This document shows positions 31,001 to 39,933 of a stretch of 64,000 bases of DNA, one piece after another. The notes beneath the pieces are model-generated. The model saw nothing but the letters and a program-made list of their open reading frames with translations, was not told where the DNA came from and did not search any database. Origin of the DNA: Bdellovibrionales bacterium (lineage in GTDB: Bacteria; Bdellovibrionota; Bdellovibrionia; Bdellovibrionales; UBA1609); contig CBDBIB010000003.1 in the NCBI GenBank assembly GCA_965205945.1, positions 774,238 through 838,237 of the forward strand, written 5' to 3'. Each line of letters starts with the position of its first letter. Position 1 is the first letter of the stretch. Made by a program: the position numbers and the translations under genes.

Positions 31001-31793
31001 TAAGATTAATTTTTAAAATTTCTTTTGAGGTTTTAAAGACCCCTGTAAAAGACAGGCTGTAGCCTTTATCAGCATAAGGTTTTTCTATTAAAAAAACTCT
31101 AACTTTCTTTTGTAGAAGTAAAGTACTTAAAGAACTTATAATTTTACTAGCAATTTCGTCTTCTTGTTCATATAAAGAAGCGTTAGATCTAAGAACTTGT
31201 TTACTCCATAATAGAGGTTTAACTATTTTCTTCTCAGAGATCATCTCCCAAGGTAATAATATTCCCAAAGGGTGTTTAGATAGTTTTGAGAAATTAAATA
31301 TTTCACCAGTTTTAAATCTAATAAAAAAACAATCTAGGACACTAAGTTCAGTTTTAAGTTTTTGAGTTATTTCTTTCATGGGAAAAACATATTCTTTTAA
31401 AAAACCTTCCTCATGGAATTGAACATTCTCTTCCTTTTCGATATAAATTTTGTTTTTTGTTGAAAGAAAAAAATCAATTAATTCTTCTTTGTTTTTTAAG
31501 AAAAGACTGATTGCTTTTAATAAGGCATTGTATGGATAATCTTTTAATTTTAGAATTAATCCAAAAATATTAAAAACTTCTTTTAAAGAATTTTTGTTAA
31601 AACTTACTTCTTGAGTTTTTCTATTAATTTGAATGGCATTTTCATCTGCTAGGAAAATAAGCAAAATGTCTCTGTCTTCCCTTTTAATTCTAAGGTCTTT
31701 TAAGCAATTCAAACTCGTTGTGGAGTCTTTAACCTTTAAGAGTAGAGAAGAAATAAGAAGAGTTTGATCAAGAGTATATTTTCTATCGCTCAT
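28092..31793 (-). CDS. SNF2-family helicase/ATPase with long uncharacterised N-terminus
   Basis: LADDMGLGKT, DEAQ, LSGTPMENH, LRRTK, GGVGLNLT, WWNPA..Q.TDRVHRIGQ. Confidence 0.93.
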   Translation of the reverse strand: MSDRKYTLDQTLLISSLLLKVKDSTTSLNCLKDLRIKREDRDILLIFLADENAIQINRKTQEVSFNKNSLKEVFNIFGLILKLKDYPYNALLKAISLFLKNKEELIDFFLSTKNKIYIEKEENVQFHEEGFLKEYVFPMKEITQKLKTELSVLDCFFIRFKTGEIFNFSKLSKHPLGILLPWEMISEKKIVKPLLWSKQVLRSNASLYEQEDEIASKIISSLSTLLLQKKVRVFLIEKPYADKGYSLSFTGVFKTSKEILKINLKDVLFDDANLSLSNSILSLNLNYTIDLTKVRMMDSVFHIKESNELFITKEDEIRENIKDLFSADHLKFQLKSLSFDVSKDSLKKTISYNDSFYQRPIEKIKKLKELLPVKISHNLNMKTVDSDKLNLIFSNIESSKVELKYPNISLDPDSYFITRILKILLGLKGGLAAYLQKDAANIAVKGDKRLSELKLLKSSGFFSLILIEVIAAAKEKSKLNKTKLWAKLDKVILKLTYTEATNVSKVVSSFFIQYVDECIHDLFEKTNYEILQVLESEITTTSSQKNVFDFIEPLIKNFLRYYKNKIFSLDNFQNFEINPKQSIKEGLSIELNSPCPLNIGSFIDKNNCIINQKKIKVMQKDILKAEIKVLEKSEENKKIDWFELNPKYYFDGVEITEEEAKVFKTNTVVQHNDQLYFIPEKEVPIVTWLNHFWDKISLNNKKSLTSDELKNKDPQFYRSHILDILALRQTDIPVKGSERWEAIAKEYDFLETKTSILDENFKGKLKAFQEKGVSWLIQLYRIGLGGVLADDMGLGKTIQILSFLNHLNNLDQKRLHLIVVPTSLIHNWKSETKKFTPNLNIFVYKNNLQNEFKMINKGIILVTYGLLTEHQKVFQSKDWDVIVFDEAQQLKNIKSLRSQSARNINAKVKICLSGTPMENHYGEFYSLIDLSVPGALGEYSNFIKIYGPRKINTGSVSKREIDYLKLKSKPLILRRTKDEVLKELPDKTESIVKIDFDDQQKEIYKNVALSWNSKVQKLLVEQGESKSQIQMFAALMKLRQVCSCPDIIVESNYKVLSPKLSMVIERVEELLTSNKSVLIFTNFILTLDNIKKELKKKNLNVLSITGKDSQKKREKTLNEFNKEGHKALVMTLKTGGVGLNLTKANYIIHVEPWWNPAAENQGTDRVHRIGQKQSVHVYRYIMSNSIEEKIQMLKDTKQEAFNLLLVENTDDIISTSFKGKSGLTKKDFEYLLS

Positions 31794-31929
31794 TTATATT
31801 ACAAGAGATATATTTATCTTTTATGTCAATGTTTGTTTGAGCTTCGTTTATTTTTTATGCAAGTATTTTTCCTTTTTTGCAGTTTTTATGGATGTTTAAG
31901 ACCTTTATCCCATTTACATTCGTCATCTC

Positions 31930-32445
31930 TTGTATTTCAATGAGTACAAGGAGTTTAGAGTGCAGAAAAAATTATTTTTATTATCATTTAGTTTTTTCAG
32001 TTTTTTTGTTTTTTTAAGCGAATACTCAAGTACTCAGGTCTCTGTAGGTACAATAGCAAATCCAACAAAGCATAACATCCTTCTTGATTTATCATCTAAA
32101 ACAGACAAGATAATCTATAATAATTTGATCTATAGTAATTATAGCTGTTTTTTATTAAACCCTAAGCAAGCTCAATGCACTCAATTTAGAAAAGAGGGGA
32201 ATATTATATCTTTAAATGATGTTGTTGAACTTTATAAATACACATCTAATAATGGGCAAGCTTTTAGGGTCTATCAACACTCTAATGGAGAGACTGATAT
32301 TGAATTTAGAATTAAATCTTCTAGTACGCGTTATCGCTATTCCTTTACTTCAATAAATCAGATACCCTTATTTACTCAAAAAAAAGGACTTTTCATAACC
32401 GGTACTATTGAATGGGATATAAGTTCTTTAAATTATATTTTATAA
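31930..32445 (+). CDS. Hypothetical secreted protein
   Basis: Open frame with N-terminal hydrophobic signal (probable start at VQKKLF). Confidence 0.6.
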   Translation: MYFNEYKEFRVQKKLFLLSFSFFSFFVFLSEYSSTQVSVGTIANPTKHNILLDLSSKTDKIIYNNLIYSNYSCFLLNPKQAQCTQFRKEGNIISLNDVVELYKYTSNNGQAFRVYQHSNGETDIEFRIKSSSTRYRYSFTSINQIPLFTQKKGLFITGTIEWDISSLNYIL

Positions 32446-32705
32446 GTTGATGTTAATGACTTGATTAATAAGGAGTATTTTTAAGAGAATGCTTGCCTAA
32501 GCAAAGTTGAAATTGATAAGTCAACTTTATTTGAATCACAACATGGTGAATGAAATAAAGTTCTCGAATAAAAGGTTAAGGTAATCGTTATATTAAAGTT
32601 AAAGAGAAGAGAATTTAAAGAAGGGTTTTTTAGAATTTTATTTTAAAAATTAACAAAACACTCTGGGTTTTTTTAAGTTAACTCAGATCTTTTTATGGGG
32701 GATTA

Positions 32706-33245
32706 ATGAAAATTTTTAAATCATTTCCAATTTTTCTTGTAATTTTAGTGTTTGTCATTTTAAGTTATCAAAATTGTTCTAATTTTGATCTTCAAGATTT
32801 AAAAGGTAATCAACAAGGTCAGTTTTCAGTTTATAGTCCTATAGGATATAGTTCTTTATCTTTTTTAAACTACAATCAAGGGTCTTGTTCGCCTGAAGCG
32901 ATTGAATTTGTTGAAGTTTTTAATGAAAATTCTTACATTTGTGCTCTTGCAACTAACTCTTGTGAACTTAACTTTTTATTTTCTCAAGGCTTTTCTCTAG
33001 ATGGTAATGATACCTGTAGTACTGCTATGGATATTAATTCAGATTCATTATTTAAAAGCTTTACAACAGCTTTGCCCTCTGATTTTGGTTATGTTCCAGA
33101 TCCAAAAGTAATATGCACTATGCAATATCAAGATTTAGTAAATATAAAAATACGTAAATGCGTTTATGGAGTAAATGGTTGTATGATTTCTTATTTAAAA
33201 TCTTCTCATGGATTTATAAATGACATCTTTGGTTTTTGCGATTAG
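32706..33245 (+). CDS. Cys-rich lipoprotein with YQNC-type lipobox
   Basis: VILSYQNCS signal; internal repeated C...N.C...L...GF..D...C pattern. Confidence 0.7.
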   Translation: MKIFKSFPIFLVILVFVILSYQNCSNFDLQDLKGNQQGQFSVYSPIGYSSLSFLNYNQGSCSPEAIEFVEVFNENSYICALATNSCELNFLFSQGFSLDGNDTCSTAMDINSDSLFKSFTTALPSDFGYVPDPKVICTMQYQDLVNIKIRKCVYGVNGCMISYLKSSHGFINDIFGFCD

Positions 33246-33397
33246 GTGTTGGTAACTATTTTAAAGTAATAAAGCTCAACTCCTATTTGAAAAAAAATAA
33301 ACAACATATCTTTTGAAATTTGAAGTTCATTAAATGGTACATTGATTATTTTTTTAATTTCATCTATCATATTTTTTTTAATTATTTGTTCATTCAT
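33242..33397 (-). CDS. Unlisted 51-aa ORF or gene remnant
   Basis: ACAGGAG RBS then ATG AAT GAA...; open for 51 codons to TAA overlapping the neighbour's stop. Confidence 0.3.
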   Translation of the reverse strand: MNEQIIKKNMIDEIKKIINVPFNELQISKDMLFIFFQIGVELYYFKIVTNT

Positions 33398-33961
33398 TTT
33401 ATCTCCTGTTTAAATATATTTTTTATATTCAAAAAAACTTACTATCCGAAAAACAATTAGATTAGAGTTCTCTAAAAAATGTCCGGTTTTAGAATATTAT
33501 TAGAGAACAAAAAATATGATAAAGTTTAATAATACTTATTTTATAAAATTCTGTCTAAAAATTGTATTTTTTATGTCTAGAAAAAAAATCTACTATAATA
33601 GATTTATATGGAGTTATGGTTTAATTCACTAAAAAATGAATCTAAAGATAAGAGTTTAATATAGAATAAGAGGTAAGATCCTTTATGTTTAAGTGTATTT
33701 AGACTTAATAGGAAAAAAGTATTCTTTGTGGGTTTTTAAGATTTGAGTGGAGTTAAATTTTTAATTTAACTCCCAATTATTTAAAATTTTTAATTAAGGA
33801 TTTTTAAACAGGTTTAAAGGTTATACTGATGCGAATAGTTATTTAAAAGTGTTATTAAGTTATAATAATATTGCGTTTTGTTTAGACTTGACCTAAAATC
33901 TTTTTTAGGTTAAAAAATCTATTTAGCCAAAGTGTTTAATGCTTTGGGGATTAAAGCATGT

Positions 33962-34594
33962 ATGAAAACATTAACTAGTCAAATGCAGTTCCAAATTACA
34001 CCTAGAAAAGCACTTAATCTTTTAAAAGAAGGTAATAAGCGATTTGTCAGTAATCTTAGGGTAAATAGAAATTTATTAGAACAAGTAAATGAGACTTCAT
34101 GTGAACAGCATCCTTTCGCTGTTGTTCTTAGCTGTATTGATTCTCGAACATCAGCAGAGCTGATTTTTGATCAAGGTTTAGGTGATATTTTTAGTATTCG
34201 TATAGCAGGTAATATTTTAAATGAAGATATCTTAGGAAGTATGGAATTTAGTTGTAAAGTAGCGAAAGCTAAAATTATATTAGTCTTAGGCCATACAAAA
34301 TGTGGAGCTGTGAAAGCTGCATGTGATGGTATTAAGATGGGAAATCTAACACCATTATTAAATAAAATTCAAAACGCTGTGAGTGATGAAAAATCTATAC
34401 TTAAGAATAGAAATTCAAAAAATAGTGAATTTGTTCAAAGAGTTTCTGAGATTAATGTAAAAAAAACTATTCTTGATATAATGAAACGAAGTTCAATTTT
34501 AAATGAGTTAATTCAAAATAGAAAATGTGGTATTGTTGGTGGTATTCATGATATTACAACAGGTTTTGTTCATTTTTATGAAAAAGATTTTTAA
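33962..34594 (+). CDS. Beta-class carbonic anhydrase
   Basis: LKEGNKRF, CIDSR, FDQGLGD, GHTKCGA; likely start ATG 33962. Confidence 0.93.
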   Translation: MKTLTSQMQFQITPRKALNLLKEGNKRFVSNLRVNRNLLEQVNETSCEQHPFAVVLSCIDSRTSAELIFDQGLGDIFSIRIAGNILNEDILGSMEFSCKVAKAKIILVLGHTKCGAVKAACDGIKMGNLTPLLNKIQNAVSDEKSILKNRNSKNSEFVQRVSEINVKKTILDIMKRSSILNELIQNRKCGIVGGIHDITTGFVHFYEKDF

Positions 34595-34704
34595 ATTTAT
34601 AACTTAAATCTCTAGCAGTGATTAAGGGCAGTTTTTAAAGACTATAGAAAAAAAGTCTAATCTATAAGAAAAGATTTTTATCTTGTGCACTCTATGTGTA
34701 AGGC

Positions 34705-35355
34705 TTATAGCGCAATGTCTAAATGAAGAGGCACCCTTGTAAGCTTTTCTTGATTTTTCATGTAAGACATTACTTTTTTAGGGAAATCTACTCCATTTAC
34801 AATAGATAGTGAACGAAGATTTGCAAAAAGATGGATGTCATTAATAGAAGCTGTTTTTCCAGAGTAAAAACTAGTTCCAGTAAGAAGATTGTCAAGTTTT
34901 TTTAAATGTTTATTGGCTTTTAAAATATAATCACTAGATTTTTTTAGATGTTTTTTAAAAGATCCTATGTAGTCTTCTTTCTTTTTTATGAAATAAGCCC
35001 TAGCTTGAGGAGTTTTAAATTCTTCAAGATTAGATTTTACCCATCGAGGCATTACTAAAGAGTATAAATACTCGCTAGACTCGGAGAGCCAAGCTTCTAA
35101 TTTGAGATCAAGCGGGGTATTTGAAATAAAAATGCTGCCATGTTCAGAATCAATTTTTTTAATGATGTCTAAACTTTCTGGAGTATGAATACCAGAACGA
35201 GATAAAATGGGGACCATTTTTTGTCCAATCATATTTATGGGTGTTTTTTCATCATCATTTAATAATGTGATAAGCTTAAATGGAATATTTTTATAGCCAA
35301 AAATCATTCGAGCTTTAACACAATAAGGGCAATGATCGTATATATAAAGTTTCAT
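34705..35355 (-). CDS. grxB: Glutaredoxin 2
   Basis: MKLYIYDHCPYCVKARMIFG, IGQKMVPIL, ESLDII. Confidence 0.95.
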   Translation of the reverse strand: MKLYIYDHCPYCVKARMIFGYKNIPFKLITLLNDDEKTPINMIGQKMVPILSRSGIHTPESLDIIKKIDSEHGSIFISNTPLDLKLEAWLSESSEYLYSLVMPRWVKSNLEEFKTPQARAYFIKKKEDYIGSFKKHLKKSSDYILKANKHLKKLDNLLTGTSFYSGKTASINDIHLFANLRSLSIVNGVDFPKKVMSYMKNQEKLTRVPLHLDIAL

Positions 35356-35652
35356 AAGATTCCTTTAAAAAAAGGTTTTAGTTTAGTTAAAAATTTTATT
35401 TCTTTATCTGTTTATAACCAGCTAAGAATATTATCTCTATGCGAGTAAAGATGGAGTTCGTCAATGATAATTTAATATTTGAATTTAAATAAAACTTGGT
35501 TAAAATAGATGACTCTAGACTAAGTACTTTTGTAAAAGCTTACCAAGGATTAAACTTTCTAGCTTTAGTAGCTTAAAGGTGTGGTAAAAAACGATTATGA
35601 TATTTATATTTTGACTTAAAAAAGCTGTAAACATATTATTTTAAAGTGATTT

Positions 35653-36669
35653 TTGATAATCTTAAATTTGGGTGTTAAAGAATGGAGAGAAAAAAGAGTG
35701 AAAAATATAATTTTATTGTTTTTAGTTTTGTTCTCTACTCAGTCCAATGCTTTAAACTGTCAAAGTATTCTTGAAAAAACTGTTAAAATCACATATGAAA
35801 ATATCTCTGATCAAGTTAAATATATGTTCATTCAAGGTGAAAAGCTTCCTTATTTGGATTTAACCTTGCAAGGGTGTGAGAAAGGGACTGTTTTTATTAT
35901 TTCAGGGTTTGGTAAAAATATGAACTCTTGGGTGGCTCATATTAACTTACTTTTAAATAAGAGGTATAGAGTAATTTTATATGCTCAATCTAACGTTGGA
36001 AGAAACTTGTTAGAAAATGGGATACTTCATTTTGATTTTGGTGAGGGGCTAAATTATGATGCTCAACTAGGAAAAAAACTTCTCCAAAAACTTAAGCCTA
36101 AAAAAATCATTGTGGTAGGGTATTCTCGAGGAGCCTGGGTAGCTTCAAAAATCGTTGATCTTTTAGCAGAGGTGCAATCTATTAAAATTAAACGGCTTGT
36201 TTTAGCAAGTCCTTATGTGGAGTACTTTTGGAAGTTTAAGGCGCCAGGCTTTACAGGCTACTTCTTTGATAGAGGGTTTAATTTTATGTTGGCTTTAAAT
36301 CCGGGGGTTGTAGGCCTTAGTATGGGAGCCTTTATAAAGCACTCTTATCACGAAGAAATTAAAGGGGTTTTAAACAATCAAAGAGATCGTGCTTTAGGGT
36401 ATATTTTAAAGGGCACAAATCCTGGAAACAATAAGCAAGAATCCACTCTTTTCTTTATTTTAAAGGCAATAGAAAAAGGAATTAAAGTAAAAGTTATAAC
36501 TAGTCAGAACGATCAAAACTTAGCACCTTTAAAAATTGTAAAGACTTTAGATGTTAAAGGGGTTGATTTTAATGTTCTTTCTGGCCATGAGTATAGTCAT
36601 TATTGGCCGCAAACACATCCGAATCTTTTTGTTGAAAAGATTTTAACTTATACTAATTCCATGAATTAA
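35653..36669 (+). CDS. Secreted alpha/beta hydrolase
   Basis: Signal peptide (likely start GTG 35698); GYSRG nucleophile elbow; C-terminal His. Confidence 0.75.
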   Translation: MIILNLGVKEWREKRVKNIILLFLVLFSTQSNALNCQSILEKTVKITYENISDQVKYMFIQGEKLPYLDLTLQGCEKGTVFIISGFGKNMNSWVAHINLLLNKRYRVILYAQSNVGRNLLENGILHFDFGEGLNYDAQLGKKLLQKLKPKKIIVVGYSRGAWVASKIVDLLAEVQSIKIKRLVLASPYVEYFWKFKAPGFTGYFFDRGFNFMLALNPGVVGLSMGAFIKHSYHEEIKGVLNNQRDRALGYILKGTNPGNNKQESTLFFILKAIEKGIKVKVITSQNDQNLAPLKIVKTLDVKGVDFNVLSGHEYSHYWPQTHPNLFVEKILTYTNSMN

Positions 36670-36779
36670 TTTTTAAAAGGAAAAAGTGCACAGTTATATT
36701 AGAGAAATCTAGTTTTATTATCTTCTTTCTGCTCACGGATTTTTTTAAAAAGAGTTGTTTTTAATTAAGTATAAAACAG

Positions 36780-39455
36780 TTAATTTTTTATTATTGCTTT
36801 TTGTGATAAGGCTTTAATTTTTAAACAGCGTGCTTCAATATCAATTTGTTTAAGAAGTATTTTTTGCACTCCAAATGACCATGCTGAATTTTTGATTTGA
36901 GTTTTTGTTATTGAAATATTTTTTTTGTATTCACCGCAAAAAAATGGAGAAAAATTATTAGCAAAAGTATTTTGAACTTTTTGAGGTAGATCATAGATTT
37001 TATCTATATTTTTAAAAAAGCTTTCTTGTATAAATTTAAAATATATTTTTCTTTGTACATGGGGGATAAGGTTTGAAAGAATAAAAATTCTTTCTTTTAA
37101 TGAAATATTAGAGGTTTTATTTAAGGCCTTTGAAAGCCAAATATTTTTATTCTTTGCAAAACTAGCTTCAGACCCGAGTTTATTTAAGAACCCCTTTCGT
37201 GAAGGATCCTCTTTAAATAAAAGGTGAGTGTAGGAGTTATCTTTATATTTTACATTTGAAAGTTTTTTTGCAAGAAGCCATTTTTTATCAATATTTATTT
37301 TAAAACCAATATCAAAAGGACACTTGCTTAAACATTGATAAAGTTTAGTAGGGTTGTCTTGATAAGTATTATAAACCCACTCTCTAAAGAATATTTTTTT
37401 AAGAGCAGGATTTTTAGTTTTAACAATAAGAGTTTTTAAAAGTTTTGAAAAATTAAGACGGTCTATTTTTGCTTTATTTTTATCACTGTAGTAATCAAAA
37501 ATAGATATGTATGGATAAAGTAGTGACAACATTGAATTTAGAGTGTCTGGATTTTTTTCTTTAGAGAGTTGTTTTTTTAAAATAGGAATTATTTTTTCTG
37601 GGGGAATTTTACCTAATCTAAGATCGTTGTTTATCATTGACCAGAACTGAGATTTAAAAAGATCTGACTCAAATTCATTGATATTATCAGATATAAACAT
37701 AGAGGACTTTGAATCAAGATTGACGTTTATAAAACCATAATCATTCCAATTTGGAAAAACTGCTTTAGGACAAGAAATCTTTTCTAAAGGTTTCCAAAGA
37801 GTTTTTTTGCCACTAATTATTACAGTAAAAACATTCTGAGGTTTAAAGTTTATATTATTATTCCACAAAGCAACTTTAAGTTTATGAGTTCTAAATATTT
37901 GATCTCCGTTATTAATGCTTTGTATGAATATTAATTTTGTTAAGGTACCTTCATGGCAAGAAATTTCTGTTGTAATTGAATTTAAGCCTTTTGTTTGTAA
38001 CCACTCACTTGTCCATTTAGTTAGATTTTTAGAGGTGTGAGTTTGTAGAGTTGATATAAAGTCTTTTAGCTTTGTGTTTTGTTCTGCAAAAATTCTAAAA
38101 TAATCAGCTAGGCCAAGTTTAAATTTATCTTCACCAATGAAAAATATAAGTTGTTTTAATATAGCTGCTCCTTTTCCATAGGTGATGGCATCAAAATTTG
38201 AAAAAGCTTTGTTTGTAGAAGAAATATTTGTTTCAACGGGATGAGTTGTACTCCATTGATCTTCAGAGTAAGCTCTTTTTTTAGGAGAGTTAAAAAAGTT
38301 TAACCAGGCCTCTTTATATTCAGTGTTGTAATATAGGCCTGAAAATGCCATATAAGTTGCAAAGCTTTCGTTTAACCACAAATTATTCCACCAGTTCATT
38401 GTGACAAGATTTCCAAACCACATATGAGCCATTTCATGAAAAATAACAACTGAAAGATTTCGTAAATCAGATCTTAAAGGCTTACTTTCTCTATGTATAT
38501 AGGATTCATGAAAAGTGACGGCAGCAACATTTTCCATTGCTCTAGGATTAAAATCAGGAACAATAACTTGATCATATTTAGTATATGGGTAATCTGTAGA
38601 GAAGTATTGTTCAAAAAAGTTAAAACTTTGTTTTGTGGTTTTAAACCAATAATTAGGCTTTACATATTTTGCTAATGATTGTCTGGAGAAAAGTCTTAAA
38701 GAAATTTCTTTAGATTTTAATTTAACTTTATCTTCCCATATTTTATATGGTCCAGCATGTAGAGAAAAAAGGTATGTAGAGAATTTTTGAGATTTTGGAA
38801 AGGACCACTTTTTATAGTCACCGTTAACTACAGCTTGTTGCTCTTTAACAGAGCTGATTACTATCCAGTTTAAAGGCGTTATAACATTTAAACTATAAGA
38901 AGCTTTTAAGTTTGGCTGGTCAAACATTGGAGCAAATAGATTTGCAGCATAAGGTTCGAAATTAGTATAAAGATAAACATTTTTATCCAAAGAGTCTTTA
39001 AACTTATATAAGCCATTGCCATCTTTACTATATTTTTTAGAATATTTTATTTTAAGAATGTTTTTTTCTTCTTTTAGGCTTGTAATTGGAATGCTGATAA
39101 AATAATTATTATATTTAAAGTTGGATAATCGCTTGCCATTTACATAGATTTCATTAACTAAACCTTTTTCAAAATCTAGAGTTAATGATTGATGTTTAAA
39201 ATTTGATTTTGAAAAATTAAAAATAATTGTAGATATTCCAGTAAATGAAGAGCTAACATTAGCAGTTCTTAAATCAATTTCGAATAAGTAAGAGATGTTA
39301 GATAGGTTGGATTTTCTTAGTTTAGCGATGCTTTGCGTTAGTCCTTTTTTCGACTCACGAGGTGTTATTTTTTTTAAAGAGGATTCTTTTTTGGAACAGG
39401 AGAGTCCTAGAGGTAAAATAAGCAAAATAAAAAGGTGTAGAAAGAAATGCTTCAT
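36780..39455 (-). CDS. pepN: M1 aminopeptidase N lipoprotein
   Basis: HEMAHMWFGNLVT, LWLNESFA, YGKGA; exopeptidase motif reads RAMEN; lipobox GLSC. Confidence 0.93.
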   Translation of the reverse strand: MKHFFLHLFILLILPLGLSCSKKESSLKKITPRESKKGLTQSIAKLRKSNLSNISYLFEIDLRTANVSSSFTGISTIIFNFSKSNFKHQSLTLDFEKGLVNEIYVNGKRLSNFKYNNYFISIPITSLKEEKNILKIKYSKKYSKDGNGLYKFKDSLDKNVYLYTNFEPYAANLFAPMFDQPNLKASYSLNVITPLNWIVISSVKEQQAVVNGDYKKWSFPKSQKFSTYLFSLHAGPYKIWEDKVKLKSKEISLRLFSRQSLAKYVKPNYWFKTTKQSFNFFEQYFSTDYPYTKYDQVIVPDFNPRAMENVAAVTFHESYIHRESKPLRSDLRNLSVVIFHEMAHMWFGNLVTMNWWNNLWLNESFATYMAFSGLYYNTEYKEAWLNFFNSPKKRAYSEDQWSTTHPVETNISSTNKAFSNFDAITYGKGAAILKQLIFFIGEDKFKLGLADYFRIFAEQNTKLKDFISTLQTHTSKNLTKWTSEWLQTKGLNSITTEISCHEGTLTKLIFIQSINNGDQIFRTHKLKVALWNNNINFKPQNVFTVIISGKKTLWKPLEKISCPKAVFPNWNDYGFINVNLDSKSSMFISDNINEFESDLFKSQFWSMINNDLRLGKIPPEKIIPILKKQLSKEKNPDTLNSMLSLLYPYISIFDYYSDKNKAKIDRLNFSKLLKTLIVKTKNPALKKIFFREWVYNTYQDNPTKLYQCLSKCPFDIGFKINIDKKWLLAKKLSNVKYKDNSYTHLLFKEDPSRKGFLNKLGSEASFAKNKNIWLSKALNKTSNISLKERIFILSNLIPHVQRKIYFKFIQESFFKNIDKIYDLPQKVQNTFANNFSPFFCGEYKKNISITKTQIKNSAWSFGVQKILLKQIDIEARCLKIKALSQKAIIKN

Positions 39456-39525
39456 AAAAAAATACTCCTTTAAGATTAAGTTAAAATATTACACTAGGCT
39501 ATGGAAAAAACGAATAATATATTTA

Positions 39526-39551
39526 TGTCCATCTTGATACAAATTATACCG
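39526..39551 (+). mobile_element. Older degenerate IS481-like left-end copy in tandem with copy 2
   Basis: TGTCCATCTTGATACA-AATTATACCG matches TGTCCGTCCTGACACA[TAGTTTACA]AAATATACCG with a 9-nt internal deletion. Confidence 0.55.
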
Positions 39552-39625
39552 TGTTCGTCCTGACACATAGTTTACAAAATATACTGGAGACATAGTTTAC
39601 ACTTTCCTAGAAAGGAGGCATTTAA
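39552..39625 (+). mobile_element. IS481-like left-end remnant (copy 2) fused to tRNA-Asp CCA end
   Basis: TGTTCGTCCTGACACATAGTTTACA...AAAGGAGGCATTTAA|TGG; near-identical to 27827-27900. Confidence 0.75.
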
Positions 39626-39702
39626 TGGCGGGGTGGACGGGACTCGAACCCGCGGCCTCCGCCGTGACAGGGCGGCGTTATAACCAACTTAACTACCACC
39701 CC
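39626..39702 (-). tRNA. tRNA-Asp (GTC)
   Basis: 77-nt cloverleaf GGGGTGG...CTGTCAC...TTCGAGT...GCCA. Confidence 0.96.
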
Positions 39703-39933
39703 AGTAGTAGATTTAAAAAATGAAATTATCTAATATTTTCCTAAAGTACAAGAAAAATTATTTTTTAACTTTATAAATTAAAATTCAATATTTTGTGTGC
39801 ACAAACTTCTAATATTTTTATCAATATTACAAAATTCATTTTCTGCTTTAAAAGGAAAGTTAGCTCATACTCAGAATTTTAAAAGCTTTTATTTAATAGT
39901 TTAACCTTCTCAAACTTTTTAAAGTGTCTTTTT

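Noticed and set aside
33749..33913. Two inverted repeats upstream of carbonic anhydrase
   Set aside because: AT-rich hairpins expected by chance or ordinary terminators; no repeated copies seen.
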